Of a stretch of DNA of 64,000 nt, positions 42,055-52,306 are shown in pieces. Both the position numbers and the translations under genes were made by a program. Below the pieces are notes generated by a model. The model was not told where the DNA came from and searched no databases. It worked only from the letters and a program-made list of their open reading frames with translations. The DNA is from Polyangiales bacterium (lineage in GTDB: Bacteria; Myxococcota_A; Polyangia; Polyangiales; JAWKRM01): positions 14,930 through 78,929 of the forward strand of contig JAWKRM010000020.1 in NCBI GenBank assembly GCA_041389625.1. The letters run 5' to 3'. Numbering within the stretch: position 1 is the stretch's first letter; each line of letters starts with the position of its first letter.

Positions 42055-44481
42055 CTACTCGGCGGCTTCCGCTTCGGGCGAAAAACGGAGCTTTCCGTCG
42101 CGATCCGCCACATGCACGGTGGAGCCACGTTGGAATTCGCCTCCGAGCAGGCGCTCGGCGAGGGGCGCCTCCACGAGCCGACCGACGGTGCGACGCATGG
42201 GTCGCGCGCCGAACGCCGGGTCGAATCCCCCCTGATCGATGAGCGCCTCGATGAGCGATTCGTCGAAGACGAGCGACACGCCACGTTCGGCGAAGAGCTT
42301 CTTCGCGAGCGAGGCGAGCATGCGACGCGCGATCTCACGGACATCGTCCCGACTGAGCGCCGCGAACACAAGCGGCTCGTCGATGCGGTTCCAGAGTTCG
42401 GGCGGCATGGCCGACCGTGCGCGCTCGATGGCACCACGTTGCTTCGTTGCGCGGTCCGACGCGTCACCACCGCCGAACCCGATCCGCGACTGCGTCGCCG
42501 CCTCGGCGCCAAGGTTCGACGTCATGAAGATGATCGTGTTCGTGAAGTCCACCACGCGACCGCGCGCGTCGGTAAGCCGACCCTCGTCGAGGAGTGGGAG
42601 GAGCGCGAGAAGCACATCCGGGTGCGCCTTCTCGATTTCATCGAGGAGGATGAGCTGGTAGGGCTTCCTGCGCGCCGCTTCGGTGAGCTGGCCACCTTCG
42701 TCGTGGCCGATGTAGCCTGGCGGTGCGCCGAAGAGCCGCGCCACGGCGTGGGCCTCGCTGAACTCGCTCAGATCGAGCCGCGTCATGCCGCCACCGGGGA
42801 ACATGATGTCCGCCACGGCCTTCGCCATCTCCGTCTTGCCGACCCCCGTGGGGCCCAGGAGAAGGAACGTGCCGAGGGGACGCCGCCCGCGGAAACCGGC
42901 CGCCGATTTGCGAAGCGCTTCGGAGATGCGGTGAATCACGTCCGTGTGGCCCACCACCCGCGCGGCAAGCTCCGATTCGAGGCGGAGAAGCCGCTCGGCA
43001 TCGCGTTCAAGGATTCGGTCGACGGGAACGTCGGCCTGCTCCGCCACCACGGCCGCCACCTGCGCGACATCCACCCGCTCGGCGCCCCGTCGGCGCGCGC
43101 GCGCCGCCGCCAAATCCATCACAGCGATGGCCTTGTCGGGAAGCTGACGCTCGGGAAGGTACCGAACGCTGAGGTCCACCGCCGATGTGAGTGCATCGTC
43201 GTCGTAGACCACCGAGTGGTGCGATTCGTACTCGGACGCAAGACCACGGAGGATGGCGTGCGCCGCCTCGGGCGACGGCTCGCCAATGCGCACGGGAGAG
43301 AACCGTCGTGCGAGGGCCGGGTCCTTTTCGAAATGACGCCGGTACTCGGCATCCGTCGTGGCGCCGAGGCACGTGAGCTCGCCGCGCGCGAGGGACGACT
43401 TGAGTTCCTGCGCGAGGTCGTCGGGGCCATCGGCGCCGCCGAGCACCGCGTGAATTTCGTCGATGAAGAGCAGGATGCGGCCGTTCGAGCGCTGCACTTC
43501 TTCACGAATGCGGCGCATGCGTTCGGCGAGGGCGCCCCGCACACTGGTTCCTGACACGAGCGCGCCCGCGGAGACCTCGGCGATGATGAGACGCCGCAGG
43601 GACTCGTCCTTTTCGTTCGCGAGGCGAAGGGCGACGCCCTCGACGACGGCCGTCTTTCCCACACCGGGCGGACCGACAAGGATGGGGTTGTTCGCACGGC
43701 GACGCGCGAGCGCGTCGAGCACCTGTTCGATTTCCGCATCTCGCCCGATGACAGGGTCGATGCCGTCGGTGGCGGCGAGTTCCGTCAGGTTCCGCGCGAT
43801 GGACGCGAGGACCGGGAAGAACTCGGGGTCGAGCACCCACGGCGCCGTGGCGTCGTTGGCGGGTACCGCCGCGGCGGACGATGACTTGCGCGCCGCGGTT
43901 TCCGCGCGCGCGGACACGAGGGGCATGCCCTCCTCCCCGCGGAGGGCGAGGCGGATTCCATCCTCCGGTGCACGCCCCGATCGACGCGCACGGGGCGGGG
44001 TTGGTTGACGCGCGCCCATCGGGCGCGAGGGAATGCGCGACGCCGGTCGCGGCGGCGGCGTGCGGTCCGGGCTCAGGCCCCCGTCGGCACCGAGCACCTG
44101 GCGAGCTTCTTCACGAACACGGGCCACGCCCTGTCCCACGAGCTCAAGGCAACGGTGTGCCGCCGAGCGCGGATCCTTCGTGACCGCCAAAAGGAGATGG
44201 ATGGGGCGGATGGTGCGATCCCCCATGGCGTCACCGATCTTGCGCGCCCGCTCAAGGGCGAGGTCGAGTGCGCTCGCCGGCTCCTCGAGGGAGTCGTCCT
44301 TTAGCACCTGGAGGAGTGGCACCTCCGTGACCCCTCGCCGAGTCAGCACGGTGGCCGACTCTTCGTCCTGCTGGAGCATGACGAGGAGCACGTGCGCCGT
44401 GGTGGGGCGCTGCCCTCGCCGCTGCGCCGCACGGCGACCCTGGGTCACCAAACCTTGCAGGCCGTGGGTGGATTCCCCCAT
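42055..44481 (-). CDS. ClpA/ClpC-like double-ring AAA+ unfoldase without a ClpB-type middle domain
   Basis: After the Clp_N-like N-terminus come D1 (GPPGVGKTAVVEG, LLFIDEIH) and D2 (GPTGVGKTEMAKA, LILLDEIEKAH). There is an IGF tripeptide (QSRIGFGGG) in D2 and a ~110-aa Pro/Arg/Ala-rich linker after the N domain. I chose the ATG at 44481. Confidence 0.8.
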   Translation of the reverse strand: MGESTHGLQGLVTQGRRAAQRRGQRPTTAHVLLVMLQQDEESATVLTRRGVTEVPLLQVLKDDSLEEPASALDLALERARKIGDAMGDRTIRPIHLLLAVTKDPRSAAHRCLELVGQGVARVREEARQVLGADGGLSPDRTPPPRPASRIPSRPMGARQPTPPRARRSGRAPEDGIRLALRGEEGMPLVSARAETAARKSSSAAAVPANDATAPWVLDPEFFPVLASIARNLTELAATDGIDPVIGRDAEIEQVLDALARRRANNPILVGPPGVGKTAVVEGVALRLANEKDESLRRLIIAEVSAGALVSGTSVRGALAERMRRIREEVQRSNGRILLFIDEIHAVLGGADGPDDLAQELKSSLARGELTCLGATTDAEYRRHFEKDPALARRFSPVRIGEPSPEAAHAILRGLASEYESHHSVVYDDDALTSAVDLSVRYLPERQLPDKAIAVMDLAAARARRRGAERVDVAQVAAVVAEQADVPVDRILERDAERLLRLESELAARVVGHTDVIHRISEALRKSAAGFRGRRPLGTFLLLGPTGVGKTEMAKAVADIMFPGGGMTRLDLSEFSEAHAVARLFGAPPGYIGHDEGGQLTEAARRKPYQLILLDEIEKAHPDVLLALLPLLDEGRLTDARGRVVDFTNTIIFMTSNLGAEAATQSRIGFGGGDASDRATKQRGAIERARSAMPPELWNRIDEPLVFAALSRDDVREIARRMLASLAKKLFAERGVSLVFDESLIEALIDQGGFDPAFGARPMRRTVGRLVEAPLAERLLGGEFQRGSTVHVADRDGKLRFSPEAEAAE

Positions 44482-44676
44482 ACATCCCGTGGGTAACCGA
44501 CCCGGATCCCCGCTCCAAATTTTCGGTGCGCGGAGCGCCTCGACGTGAATGCCGGTCGGCGGGGCCCGTCGAACGCGCCGCGCCCGGCGCGCGCCGCAAA
44601 AAAGCGCGCTGGGGCCGAGAAACCATGGGTTAGGGCTTGATCGCTTGGCGTTCTCGGGTCTCACTCACTAGTCGAG

Positions 44677-45234
44677 GTGTTCATGGGTCGTCTTCGCGGT
44701 TCGATCGTTGCGGCAATTCTGGTTTCGATGTTCTTGGCTGCCGTTGCGGTCGTGGGGGGTCCGGGACGGGCCGCGGCGCGGGGGGGGCTCCGCGCTGACA
44801 TCTTCCTCACCCAGCAGAAGATCCCGAAGAACCTCAACGAGCGTGGTCTCATTGGGTTTGCGCGCTCCCACGCGTCGAAGATCCTGCGCGAAGACACTTC
44901 GAACGCGAAACTCGAAGAACGTTTCTGGAAGGCCGAGATGGTGGTGGCGTTCAGCCAGCCGCCCGGCGACCTCCAGTACACGGTGGTCTTCTACGACATC
45001 CACGATGGCGGTCGCCGCTTCGTGAGCAACATGGATTCCTTCATTTCGAACCGCTCGCAGCGCACGTTCTTGCAGAAGATCAAGCTGCCCCGGCCCGAGT
45101 TCAAACCGAACCGCCGCATGGAGCTCGTGGTGACGGTCAAGCGCCAGGAGATGGGCACGCGAAAGTTCGACCTCGCGGGCGAGGAACCGAAGCGTACGGG
45201 CGTCGTGAACATCGGCGACGACGACGCGAAGTAG
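44677..45234 (+). CDS. Hypothetical exported protein immediately upstream of holA
   Basis: A 185-aa ORF (GTG at 44677, or ATG at 44683). The N-terminal hydrophobic signal is IVAAILVSMFLAAVAVVGG. It has no Cys lipobox and no recognisable motif. Confidence 0.5.
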   Translation: MFMGRLRGSIVAAILVSMFLAAVAVVGGPGRAAARGGLRADIFLTQQKIPKNLNERGLIGFARSHASKILREDTSNAKLEERFWKAEMVVAFSQPPGDLQYTVVFYDIHDGGRRFVSNMDSFISNRSQRTFLQKIKLPRPEFKPNRRMELVVTVKRQEMGTRKFDLAGEEPKRTGVVNIGDDDAK

Positions 45235-45257
45235 CGCCCGGACGTAGCGCCAAGACC

Positions 45258-46259
45258 ATGGACATCCACGGGATCATCCGCGAAGCGCGGGGCGGAACAC
45301 TGCGCCCGGTCTACGTGCTGGTCGGGGAGGAGCGCTTCCTCATCGACCGTGCGGTGGGGTTCATTCGTCGGCGGGTCCTCGAAGGGGGCATCGAGGGCTT
45401 CAACGAAGACGTGTTTCAGGGGAAGGGCCTCGCGGGCAAGAGCCTCGCGGGCGCCGCGCGCACCATGCCCATGATGGCCGACCGGCGCTTCGTCCTCGTG
45501 CGCGCCGCCGATGACATGGCCACGGCGGAGCTCGAGGCGCTCGTCGACTACCTGGAGTCGCCGGCGGAGAGCGCGTGCGTCGTTCTCCTCGCGGACAAAC
45601 TCGACGGTCGCTCCAAATTCGCGAAGGCGGCGAAGAAGCACGACGTGTGGATCGACGCGGCGCCGCTCAAGCCCGCCCAGGCCCGCTCGTTCGTCATGGC
45701 GGAGGCCAAGGAGCGCGGGCACGCCATCGCGGGCGACGCGGCGGATGCGCTCGTCGACGCCGTGGGTGCCGACCTCGCCGCCATCGACGACGCGCTTGAG
45801 CGCCTCTCGCTCTTTGTGGGCGAAGGCAAGCCCATCGATGCAAACGCGGTGGACGCATGCGTCATGCGCGTGCGTACGGAATCCATCTGGGCGCTGGTCG
45901 ATGCGGTAAGTCAGCGAAACGCTCGCGTGGCGATCCACGCCACGGGCTCGCTCCTCGCCGACCGTGAACCGCCGCTGCGCATCCTCGCCATGGTTGCGCG
46001 GCAGCTCCGCATGGTCGCCAAGATGCGTGAAGCGCTCCAGCAGGGCATGAACCCGAACGACGCCGCGCGGCAGGCCGGCGTGCCGCCGTTCAAGGCCCGT
46101 GAGTTCGCCGACTCGGCAAAGCGTTTCAAGTGGGGCGACCTCGAACGCGCCTTTGAGGTACTCGCCCAAACGGATCAAGCGCTCAAGGGCAGCAAACGCC
46201 CAGGCGGCGTCGTGCTCGAGGCGGCGATGCTTGAGCTCTGCTCAGCGACGGCGAGCTGA
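45258..46259 (+). CDS. holA: DNA polymerase III delta subunit
   Basis: At 333 aa it has the typical pattern ..PVYVLVGEERFLIDRAV.., ..MPMMADRRFVLVR.., and a C-terminal helical domain (..IWALVDAV..R.A......L......PL.ILAM..RQ.R..). Confidence 0.8.
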   Translation: MDIHGIIREARGGTLRPVYVLVGEERFLIDRAVGFIRRRVLEGGIEGFNEDVFQGKGLAGKSLAGAARTMPMMADRRFVLVRAADDMATAELEALVDYLESPAESACVVLLADKLDGRSKFAKAAKKHDVWIDAAPLKPAQARSFVMAEAKERGHAIAGDAADALVDAVGADLAAIDDALERLSLFVGEGKPIDANAVDACVMRVRTESIWALVDAVSQRNARVAIHATGSLLADREPPLRILAMVARQLRMVAKMREALQQGMNPNDAARQAGVPPFKAREFADSAKRFKWGDLERAFEVLAQTDQALKGSKRPGGVVLEAAMLELCSATAS

Positions 46260-46265
46260 AGCGAC

Positions 46266-46316
46266 TTAAAAAACTCGGGACCGACTCTCGTCCCTCCGAG
46301 GAGGCGAGACGGTCCC
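46266..46316 (-). terminator. Rho-independent terminator of rpsT (the hairpin could also stop holA read-through)
   Basis: The stem is GGGACCG (46277-46283) / CGGTCCC (46310-46316), with further internal pairing. On the minus strand it is followed by GAG-TTTTTT (A-run at 46268-46273). Confidence 0.7.
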
Positions 46317-46346
46317 GTGTTGGTGCGCAGTGTGCGACGCCGAACG

Positions 46347-46610
46347 CTACTTGAGCGCGGCGACTTGCGACGAGAGGCGCGAGATGTAGCGCGAGCCGGT
46401 CTTGCGCGGGTACACGCCCTTCGCGACGGCCTTGTCGATGCGCTGAACGGCGACGGCAAGCGCGCTCGTCGCTTCCTTCTTGTCGCCTGAAGCGATCGCG
46501 GCGCGGAGCTTCTTCACAAAACCACGAACGGTCGAGCGGACGTGTCGATTGCGGAGCGTGCGCTTCTTGGTCTGACGGATGCGCTTTTCGGAAGATGCGT
46601 GGTTCGCCAC
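46347..46610 (-). CDS. rpsT: 30S ribosomal protein S20
   Basis: The GTG start gives (M)[28 protein letters not shown].., 87 aa. A GAGG Shine-Dalgarno sequence lies 8-11 nt upstream. Confidence 0.92.
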   Translation of the reverse strand: MANHASSEKRIRQTKKRTLRNRHVRSTVRGFVKKLRAAIASGDKKEATSALAVAVQRIDKAVAKGVYPRKTGSRYISRLSSQVAALK

Positions 46611-46651
46611 GGAAAACCTCGGTACGAAATTCGTTGGGAAAAGAGGGCGCG

Positions 46652-46679
46652 TTTTTACCATCGGCGTCCGGCGAGTCAA
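46652..46679 (-). promoter_or_regulatory. Candidate sigma70-type promoter of rpsT (TTGACT-N16-TAAAAA)
   Basis: The minus-strand TTGACT is at 46679-46674 and TAAAAA is at 46657-46652, ~40 nt upstream of the GTG. This is a pattern match only. Confidence 0.35.
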
Positions 46680-46719
46680 CCGAAGACGCCCTCCCCGGCC
46701 ACGAACCTCGAAAACCCCG

Positions 46720-47739
46720 TCAAAGTCGGGCGATCACGGCGTCGGTGAACTCGGCCGTGGAGAGGTTTCCGCCGAGATCCCCGGTCTTCTGTCCGTCCCG
46801 AAGGGCCCGGTCGTAGGCGTCCCGGATGCGGCCCCCCACCTCACGACCTGCGGCAATTCCGTGCCGGTCGGTCAGGTGATTAAGGAGCATCACCGCCGAC
46901 ATGAGGAGCGCGAGGGGGTTCGCAACGCCCTTCCCGGCGATGTCGGGCGCGGAGCCGTGCACCGCTTCAAAGATGGCGTGCTCGTCGCCGATGTTCGCGC
47001 CTGGCACCACGCCGAGGCCGCCCACGAGGCCCGCGGTCAGGTCGCTCACGACGTCGCCGTAGAGGTTCTCCATGAGGAGCATGTCGAAGCGGGTCGGATC
47101 CTGGACGAGCTTCATGCAGCCGGCATCGATGATGAGCTCGTCGTAGGTGATGTCCGTGTACTTCTCGTGAACCTCGCGCGCCTTCCGGATGAACATGCCA
47201 TCGGACATCTTCATGATGTTCGCCTTGTGGAACGCGGTGACCTTCTTGCGGCCACGCTCGCTGGCGTAGCGGAAGGCGAAGTCGGCGATGCGTGTGCATG
47301 CGCGGTCCGTGGCGACCTTGAGCGACGTGACAACGCCCTTCGTGATCTCGTTTTCGATGCCGCTATAGAGGCCCTCGGTGTTCTCGCGAATGATGACGAG
47401 GTCGACGTTCGAGAACCGCGTTTCAACGCCGGCGAGGTTCCGGACGGGGCGCACGGCCGCGTAGAGGTCGAGCTTCTTTCGGAGCGCGACGTTCACCGAG
47501 GTGAACCCGCCACCCACGGGGGTCGTGCACGGGCCCTTGAGGGCGATGCCGTGCTTCCGGATGGCATCGAGCGTGACCTCGGGGAGCACTTCCCCGGTCT
47601 TGTCGAGGGCCGCTTGGCCCGCGAGGGCGTCCACCCAGTCGATGGGGGCCTTCGCGGCGGAGAACACACGGCGCACGGCGTCGGCCACTTCGGGACCGAT
47701 GCCATCGCCGGGGATGAGGACGGCGGTGTGGGTCGACAT
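46720..47739 (-). CDS. icd: Isocitrate dehydrogenase, NAD-dependent type (isocitrate/isopropylmalate dehydrogenase family)
   Basis: The 339-aa product carries [67 protein letters not shown] and [14 protein letters not shown]. The rest of the 500-aa track ORF is an upstream extension that does not look protein-like. Confidence 0.85.
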   Translation of the reverse strand: MSTHTAVLIPGDGIGPEVADAVRRVFSAAKAPIDWVDALAGQAALDKTGEVLPEVTLDAIRKHGIALKGPCTTPVGGGFTSVNVALRKKLDLYAAVRPVRNLAGVETRFSNVDLVIIRENTEGLYSGIENEITKGVVTSLKVATDRACTRIADFAFRYASERGRKKVTAFHKANIMKMSDGMFIRKAREVHEKYTDITYDELIIDAGCMKLVQDPTRFDMLLMENLYGDVVSDLTAGLVGGLGVVPGANIGDEHAIFEAVHGSAPDIAGKGVANPLALLMSAVMLLNHLTDRHGIAAGREVGGRIRDAYDRALRDGQKTGDLGGNLSTAEFTDAVIARL

Positions 47740-47814
47740 GCCGGGGACTATACACGGCACGTCGGGCGCGTTGGCGCCGTTCAGGCGAACGCCTATGCTC
47801 GCCGCGATTCGCCC

Positions 47815-49005
47815 ATGGACCCGACGTTTCAACAGGACCTCGCCGCGCGCCTCGAAGACCTCAAGACAAGCGGTCTCTTCAAGGCCGAGCGCGTCATCCG
47901 CTCGCCCCAGAGCGCCGCCATCACCGTGGAAGGTGGCGCCGAGGTGCTGAACTTCTGCGCGAACAACTACTTGGGGCTCGCCGACGACGCGGCGCTCATC
48001 GACGCGGCCAAGCGCACGCTCGATGACCACGGCTTCGGCATGGCCTCCGTGCGTTTCATCTGCGGCACGCAGGACATCCACAAGGCGCTCGAAGCGAAGC
48101 TCTCGGGCTTCCTCGGCATGGACGACACGATCCTTTACTCGTCGTGCTTCGACGCGAACGGTGGGCTGTTCGAGACGTTGTTCGATGCGGAGGACGCGAT
48201 CATCAGCGACGCGCTCAACCACGCGTCGATCATCGACGGCGTGCGCCTGTCAAAGGCGCGCCGCTACCGCTACGCGAACAACGACATGGCGGACCTTCGC
48301 GCCAAGCTCGAAGAGGCGAAGGACGCCCGCTACAAGGTCATCGCCACGGACGGCGTCTTCTCCATGGACGGCATCCTCGCGAACCTCCGTGCCATCTGCG
48401 ATCTCGCGGACGAATACGGCGCGCTCGTGATGGTCGACGACTCGCACGCCGTGGGATTCGTCGGCGAAAAGGGCCGCGGCACCCCCGAGGCATGCGGCGT
48501 CGAAGGCCGCATCGACATCCTGACCGGCACCCTCGGCAAGGCCCTCGGTGGCGCTTCGGGCGGCTACACGGCCGCGCGCAAGGAGATCGTCGCGTGGCTC
48601 CGACAGCGTTCGCGGCCGTACCTGTTCTCGAACACGCTCGCGCCCGCGGTGTGCGGCGCGTCCATCCGCGCGCTCGAAGTTCTCGGGTCGAGCGACGCGC
48701 TCCGTATCCGCCTCCGCGAGAACAGCGAGCGCTTCCGTTCGGCCATGACGAAGGCGGGCTTCACGCTCCTCGGCGCGGGGCACCCCATCATCCCCGTGCT
48801 CCTTGGCGACGCGAAGGTCGCCTCGGAGATGGCCGACCGCCTCCTGGCGGAGGGCATTTACGTCATCGGATTCTCGTTCCCCGTGGTGCCGAAGGGCCAA
48901 GCGCGCATCCGCACGCAGATGTCCGCGGCGCACACGCCGGAGCAAATCGATCGTTGTGTGGCGGCCTTCGTGAAGGTCGGCCGCGAGATGGGAGTCGTGT
49001 CGTGA
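47815..49005 (+). CDS. kbl: 2-amino-3-ketobutyrate CoA ligase (glycine C-acetyltransferase)
   Basis: It has [21 protein letters not shown] and [10 protein letters not shown]. The PLP lysine lies in [15 protein letters not shown]. Confidence 0.9.
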   Translation: MDPTFQQDLAARLEDLKTSGLFKAERVIRSPQSAAITVEGGAEVLNFCANNYLGLADDAALIDAAKRTLDDHGFGMASVRFICGTQDIHKALEAKLSGFLGMDDTILYSSCFDANGGLFETLFDAEDAIISDALNHASIIDGVRLSKARRYRYANNDMADLRAKLEEAKDARYKVIATDGVFSMDGILANLRAICDLADEYGALVMVDDSHAVGFVGEKGRGTPEACGVEGRIDILTGTLGKALGGASGGYTAARKEIVAWLRQRSRPYLFSNTLAPAVCGASIRALEVLGSSDALRIRLRENSERFRSAMTKAGFTLLGAGHPIIPVLLGDAKVASEMADRLLAEGIYVIGFSFPVVPKGQARIRTQMSAAHTPEQIDRCVAAFVKVGREMGVVS

Positions 49006-50027
49006 GGGCCCTCGTCAAATCAAAACGCGAAGTGGGTATTTGGATGGAGGACGTGAAGGAGCCGGAGATCGGCCCGAACGACCTCCTGATCCGCATCCGA
49101 AAGACCGCCATCTGCGGCACGGACATCCACATCTACAACTGGGACGACTGGGCGCAGAAGACCATCCCGGTGCCCATGCAGGTCGGCCACGAGTTCGTCG
49201 GCGAAGTGGCCGAAGTGGGCTCCCACGTGCGCGGGTTCGCCGTGGGCGACCGCGTGTCGGGCGAAGGGCACATCACCTGCGGTCACTGCCGAAACTGCCG
49301 CGCGGGCAAGCGCCACCTTTGCCGGAACACGGTGGGCGTGGGCGTCAATCGCCCGGGTTGCTTCGCCGAGTACCTGTCGCTCCCGGCCGTCAACGCGTTC
49401 AAGCTGCCCGATTCGATCCCCGACGAGATCGCATCGTTCCTCGATCCCCTCGGGAACGCCACGCACACCGCCCTCTCCTTCGACCTCGTGGGCGAAGACG
49501 TGCTCATCACGGGCGCGGGCCCCATCGGCATCATGGCCGCCGCCATCGCGCGGCACGTGGGTGCGCGGCACGTGCTCGTCACCGACGTCAACGCGTTCCG
49601 CCTCGGCCTCGCCAAGCGCATGGGCGCGTCCATGGCCATCGACGTGCGCAAGACGAGCATCGCCGAGGCGCAGCGCGAGCTCGGCATGACCGAGGGCTTC
49701 GACGTGGGCCTCGAGATGAGCGGCAACGCGACGGCCTTCCGCGACATGCTCTCGAACATGAACCATGGTGGCCACGTGGCGATCCTCGGCATCCCGCCGT
49801 CGGACACCGCCATCGACTGGAACCAGGTCATCTTCAAGGGCCTCGTGCTCAAGGGCGTCTACGGCCGAGAGATGTTCGAGACCTGGTACAAGATGTCGAG
49901 CATGCTCCAGAGCGGCCTCGACGTGAGCCCCATGCTCACCCACCGCTTCCCCGTGAAGGACTTCCAAGAGGGCTTCGAGATCATGCGGAGCGGGCAGTCG
50001 GGGAAAGTGGTTCTGGATTGGGGTTAA
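49002..50027 (+). CDS. tdh: L-threonine 3-dehydrogenase
   Basis: The GTG start overlaps the kbl stop (GTGA). The sequence carries (M)[17 protein letters not shown].., [34 protein letters not shown], the structural-Zn Cys cluster [15 protein letters not shown], and GAGPIG. Confidence 0.92.
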   Translation: MRALVKSKREVGIWMEDVKEPEIGPNDLLIRIRKTAICGTDIHIYNWDDWAQKTIPVPMQVGHEFVGEVAEVGSHVRGFAVGDRVSGEGHITCGHCRNCRAGKRHLCRNTVGVGVNRPGCFAEYLSLPAVNAFKLPDSIPDEIASFLDPLGNATHTALSFDLVGEDVLITGAGPIGIMAAAIARHVGARHVLVTDVNAFRLGLAKRMGASMAIDVRKTSIAEAQRELGMTEGFDVGLEMSGNATAFRDMLSNMNHGGHVAILGIPPSDTAIDWNQVIFKGLVLKGVYGREMFETWYKMSSMLQSGLDVSPMLTHRFPVKDFQEGFEIMRSGQSGKVVLDWG

Positions 50028-50040
50028 CACCCCGAATTCC

Positions 50041-51681
50041 ATGCGATCCCGCCGGCCGGGGCATACTTCCGCGGTGAGCCAGGGCGCCGACGAACCGCAG
50101 AAGGGCGACTCGCAGCGGGAGCTCGCGCGGCGGGCGGGCGTGGTCACGGTGGGGACCCTCGCTTCGCGGGTGCTCGGGCTCGTGCGCGATCAGGTGATCG
50201 CGGCCGTGTTCCCCGTGGCGCTCACCGACGCCTTCGTCGTGGCGTTCACGATCCCGAACGCGCTCCGCGGGCTCCTCGCCGAGGGCGCGGTGTCGGGAGC
50301 GTTCGTGCCCGTCTTCACCGAGGAGCAGGAACTCCGTGGGCGCGAAGCCGCGCGATCGTACTTTGGTCGGTTCACCGGATCGATGGTGGTGATCCTCGCG
50401 ACCGTGACCGCCGTCGGTATGTACTTCGCGCCCGAGATCGTCGCGCTCTATGCCGACGGATTCGACCCGGAGCGGAAGGCGCTCACTGAGACGCTCACGC
50501 GTTGGATGTTCCCCTACATCTTCTTCATGGGGGTCGCCGCGCTGTTTGGTGGTGCGCTCAATGCGCTCCACCGATTCGCCGTGCCCGCGTTCGCACCCGC
50601 ACTCCTCAACGTTGCCCTCGTCGCGGCGGCCTTCGCCGCCGTGCCCGTCGCGCGGCACTATGGAGCGTCGCCCATCCTCGCGCTCGCCTGGGGCGTTCTC
50701 CTTGGCGGTGTGCTCCAGGTGGCGGCGCAGAAACCGGCCCTGATTCACGCCGGGTTTCTTCCGATGCCGGTGCCGGCCTTCCGTGACGCCGCCGTACGGA
50801 AGTCCTTCGCCCTCATGGTGCCGCTCCTGGCGGGGCTCGGTGTCTACCAACTCAACGTGCTGCTCTCACGCCGCCTCGCGTCCCACCTCGGCGAGGGTGC
50901 GCAGAGCTATCTCTATTTCGCGCAGCGCTTGGTGGAGCTCCCGCAGGGTCTCTTCGCCTTCGCCGTGGCCACCGCGACGCTACCCACGCTCAGCGCATTT
51001 CGGGCGAAGGGAGACCGCGACGGCGTTTCGCGCTCCTTCGGTGACTCGTTGCGCCTCTCCACCTTCGTGGGCGTGCCATCGAGTGCGTTTCTTTTCATCG
51101 CGGCGGGGCCCACGGTGTCGGTGCTGTTCGAACGCGGGAGCTTCGGTGCCCTCGAGGTGACCGAAACCGCGAAGGCGCTGGTTTGCTTTGCGCCATCCAT
51201 CTGGATCGTTTCGCTCGTGCGAACGACGCTTCCCCTGTTCTACGCGGCGAACGACACACGGAGCCCCGTCATCGCAAGCGCCGTGAACCTCGTGGCGTTC
51301 CTGGCCGTCGGCGTCTCGTTCCTCGATTCGCTCGGGCATGTGGGCATCGCGCTCGCGAACAGCGTGGCCTCCGCGGCGCAACTCGCAGCCCTCGCCTTCC
51401 TCGGGCGCAGACACGTGGGCCGCGAGGCGTTTCGCGGATTCGGGCGTTCCACGGGCGTGGCCACGCTCGCGTCGGCGGCCCTCGCGCTCGCCTTCCTCGG
51501 AACCCGGGTGGCCGGTGCGGCGGCGGGCCTCCACGCGTCCCGCGCCGGGCAAGTCGGCGTCTACGTGGTTGCAACCGTCGCGGCCGCCCTCGCCTTCCTC
51601 GGCACCGCCAAATTGCTCCGTTCCGCCGAACTCGACGCCCTGGTGTCCATGGTTGCGCGCCGACGGCGGGGGGCGCGCTAA
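50041..51681 (+). CDS. murJ: Lipid II flippase MurJ (MviN)
   Basis: A polytopic membrane protein with the MurJ N-terminal signature ..VGTLASRVLGLVRDQVIAAVFP...AFVVAFTIPNALRGLLAEGAVSGAFVPVF.. Confidence 0.88.
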   Translation: MRSRRPGHTSAVSQGADEPQKGDSQRELARRAGVVTVGTLASRVLGLVRDQVIAAVFPVALTDAFVVAFTIPNALRGLLAEGAVSGAFVPVFTEEQELRGREAARSYFGRFTGSMVVILATVTAVGMYFAPEIVALYADGFDPERKALTETLTRWMFPYIFFMGVAALFGGALNALHRFAVPAFAPALLNVALVAAAFAAVPVARHYGASPILALAWGVLLGGVLQVAAQKPALIHAGFLPMPVPAFRDAAVRKSFALMVPLLAGLGVYQLNVLLSRRLASHLGEGAQSYLYFAQRLVELPQGLFAFAVATATLPTLSAFRAKGDRDGVSRSFGDSLRLSTFVGVPSSAFLFIAAGPTVSVLFERGSFGALEVTETAKALVCFAPSIWIVSLVRTTLPLFYAANDTRSPVIASAVNLVAFLAVGVSFLDSLGHVGIALANSVASAAQLAALAFLGRRHVGREAFRGFGRSTGVATLASAALALAFLGTRVAGAAAGLHASRAGQVGVYVVATVAAALAFLGTAKLLRSAELDALVSMVARRRRGAR

Positions 51682-51690
51682 GCTCCCGCC

Positions 51691-52293
51691 ATGAAGATTC
51701 GAGACGCCGTTTTCGTGGCCTCCGCGGCGGAACACGAGCAGCTCCCGCCCCCCGCGTTCGCGGAGGTGGCCTTCGCGGGCCGCTCGAACGTTGGCAAGTC
51801 GAGCCTCATCAACTGCCTCGTCGAGCGGCGAAAGCTTGTCCGCACCAGCAACACCCCCGGCGCCACGCGCGCCATCAATATCTTTCACGTGACCCTCGCG
51901 GAGCCCGACGCCGTCCTCGATGTGGTCGACCTCCCTGGCTACGGCTTCGCGCGCCGAAGCAAGAAGGAGCGCAAGCACTGGGGCGTGCTCATCGACCGCT
52001 TCCTCCGGGAACGTGCTGGGCTCCACACCGTCGTGCTCCTCGCCGACGCGCGACGCGGCTTCGAGGACGACGACCTCGACCTCCTCGCCTACCTCGAAGA
52101 GCTCGGGAAGACCCCCATCCTCGTCGCCACGAAGTTCGACGAGCTCAAGACGAGCGAGAAGAAGCTGCGCCTAAAGGCCCTGTCCACGGCCGCGGGAAGG
52201 CGCGTCCTCCCCATGTCCGCCAAGACGGGAGAAGGTCGCGACGCCCTCTGGGCCGCCGTCCTCAAGGCCTCGCGCATCGCGACGGGCGACTGA
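51691..52293 (+). CDS. engB: Ribosome-biogenesis GTPase EngB/YsxC/YihA
   Basis: It has G1 (GRSNVGKSSLIN), G3 (DLPGYG) and G4 (TKFD), and is 200 aa long. Confidence 0.88.
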   Translation: MKIRDAVFVASAAEHEQLPPPAFAEVAFAGRSNVGKSSLINCLVERRKLVRTSNTPGATRAINIFHVTLAEPDAVLDVVDLPGYGFARRSKKERKHWGVLIDRFLRERAGLHTVVLLADARRGFEDDDLDLLAYLEELGKTPILVATKFDELKTSEKKLRLKALSTAAGRRVLPMSAKTGEGRDALWAAVLKASRIATGD

Positions 52294-52306
52294 CACCCGT
52301 TCCTCG

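Noticed and set aside
46579-50027. The track ORFs of 808 aa (46579-49005) and 627 aa (48144-50027) could be unusually long fusion proteins. The same question applies to 14727-16349, 22694-28090, 12357-13331 and 52385-54328.
   Set aside because: Only the C-terminal parts carry family motifs (kbl, tdh, hemB, TPR-like gene 2, the 168-aa protein, the lipoprotein). The N-terminal extensions overlap well-supported genes on the other strand or in another frame and have shadow-ORF composition. Internal starts with overlap-coupling or Shine-Dalgarno context fit better.
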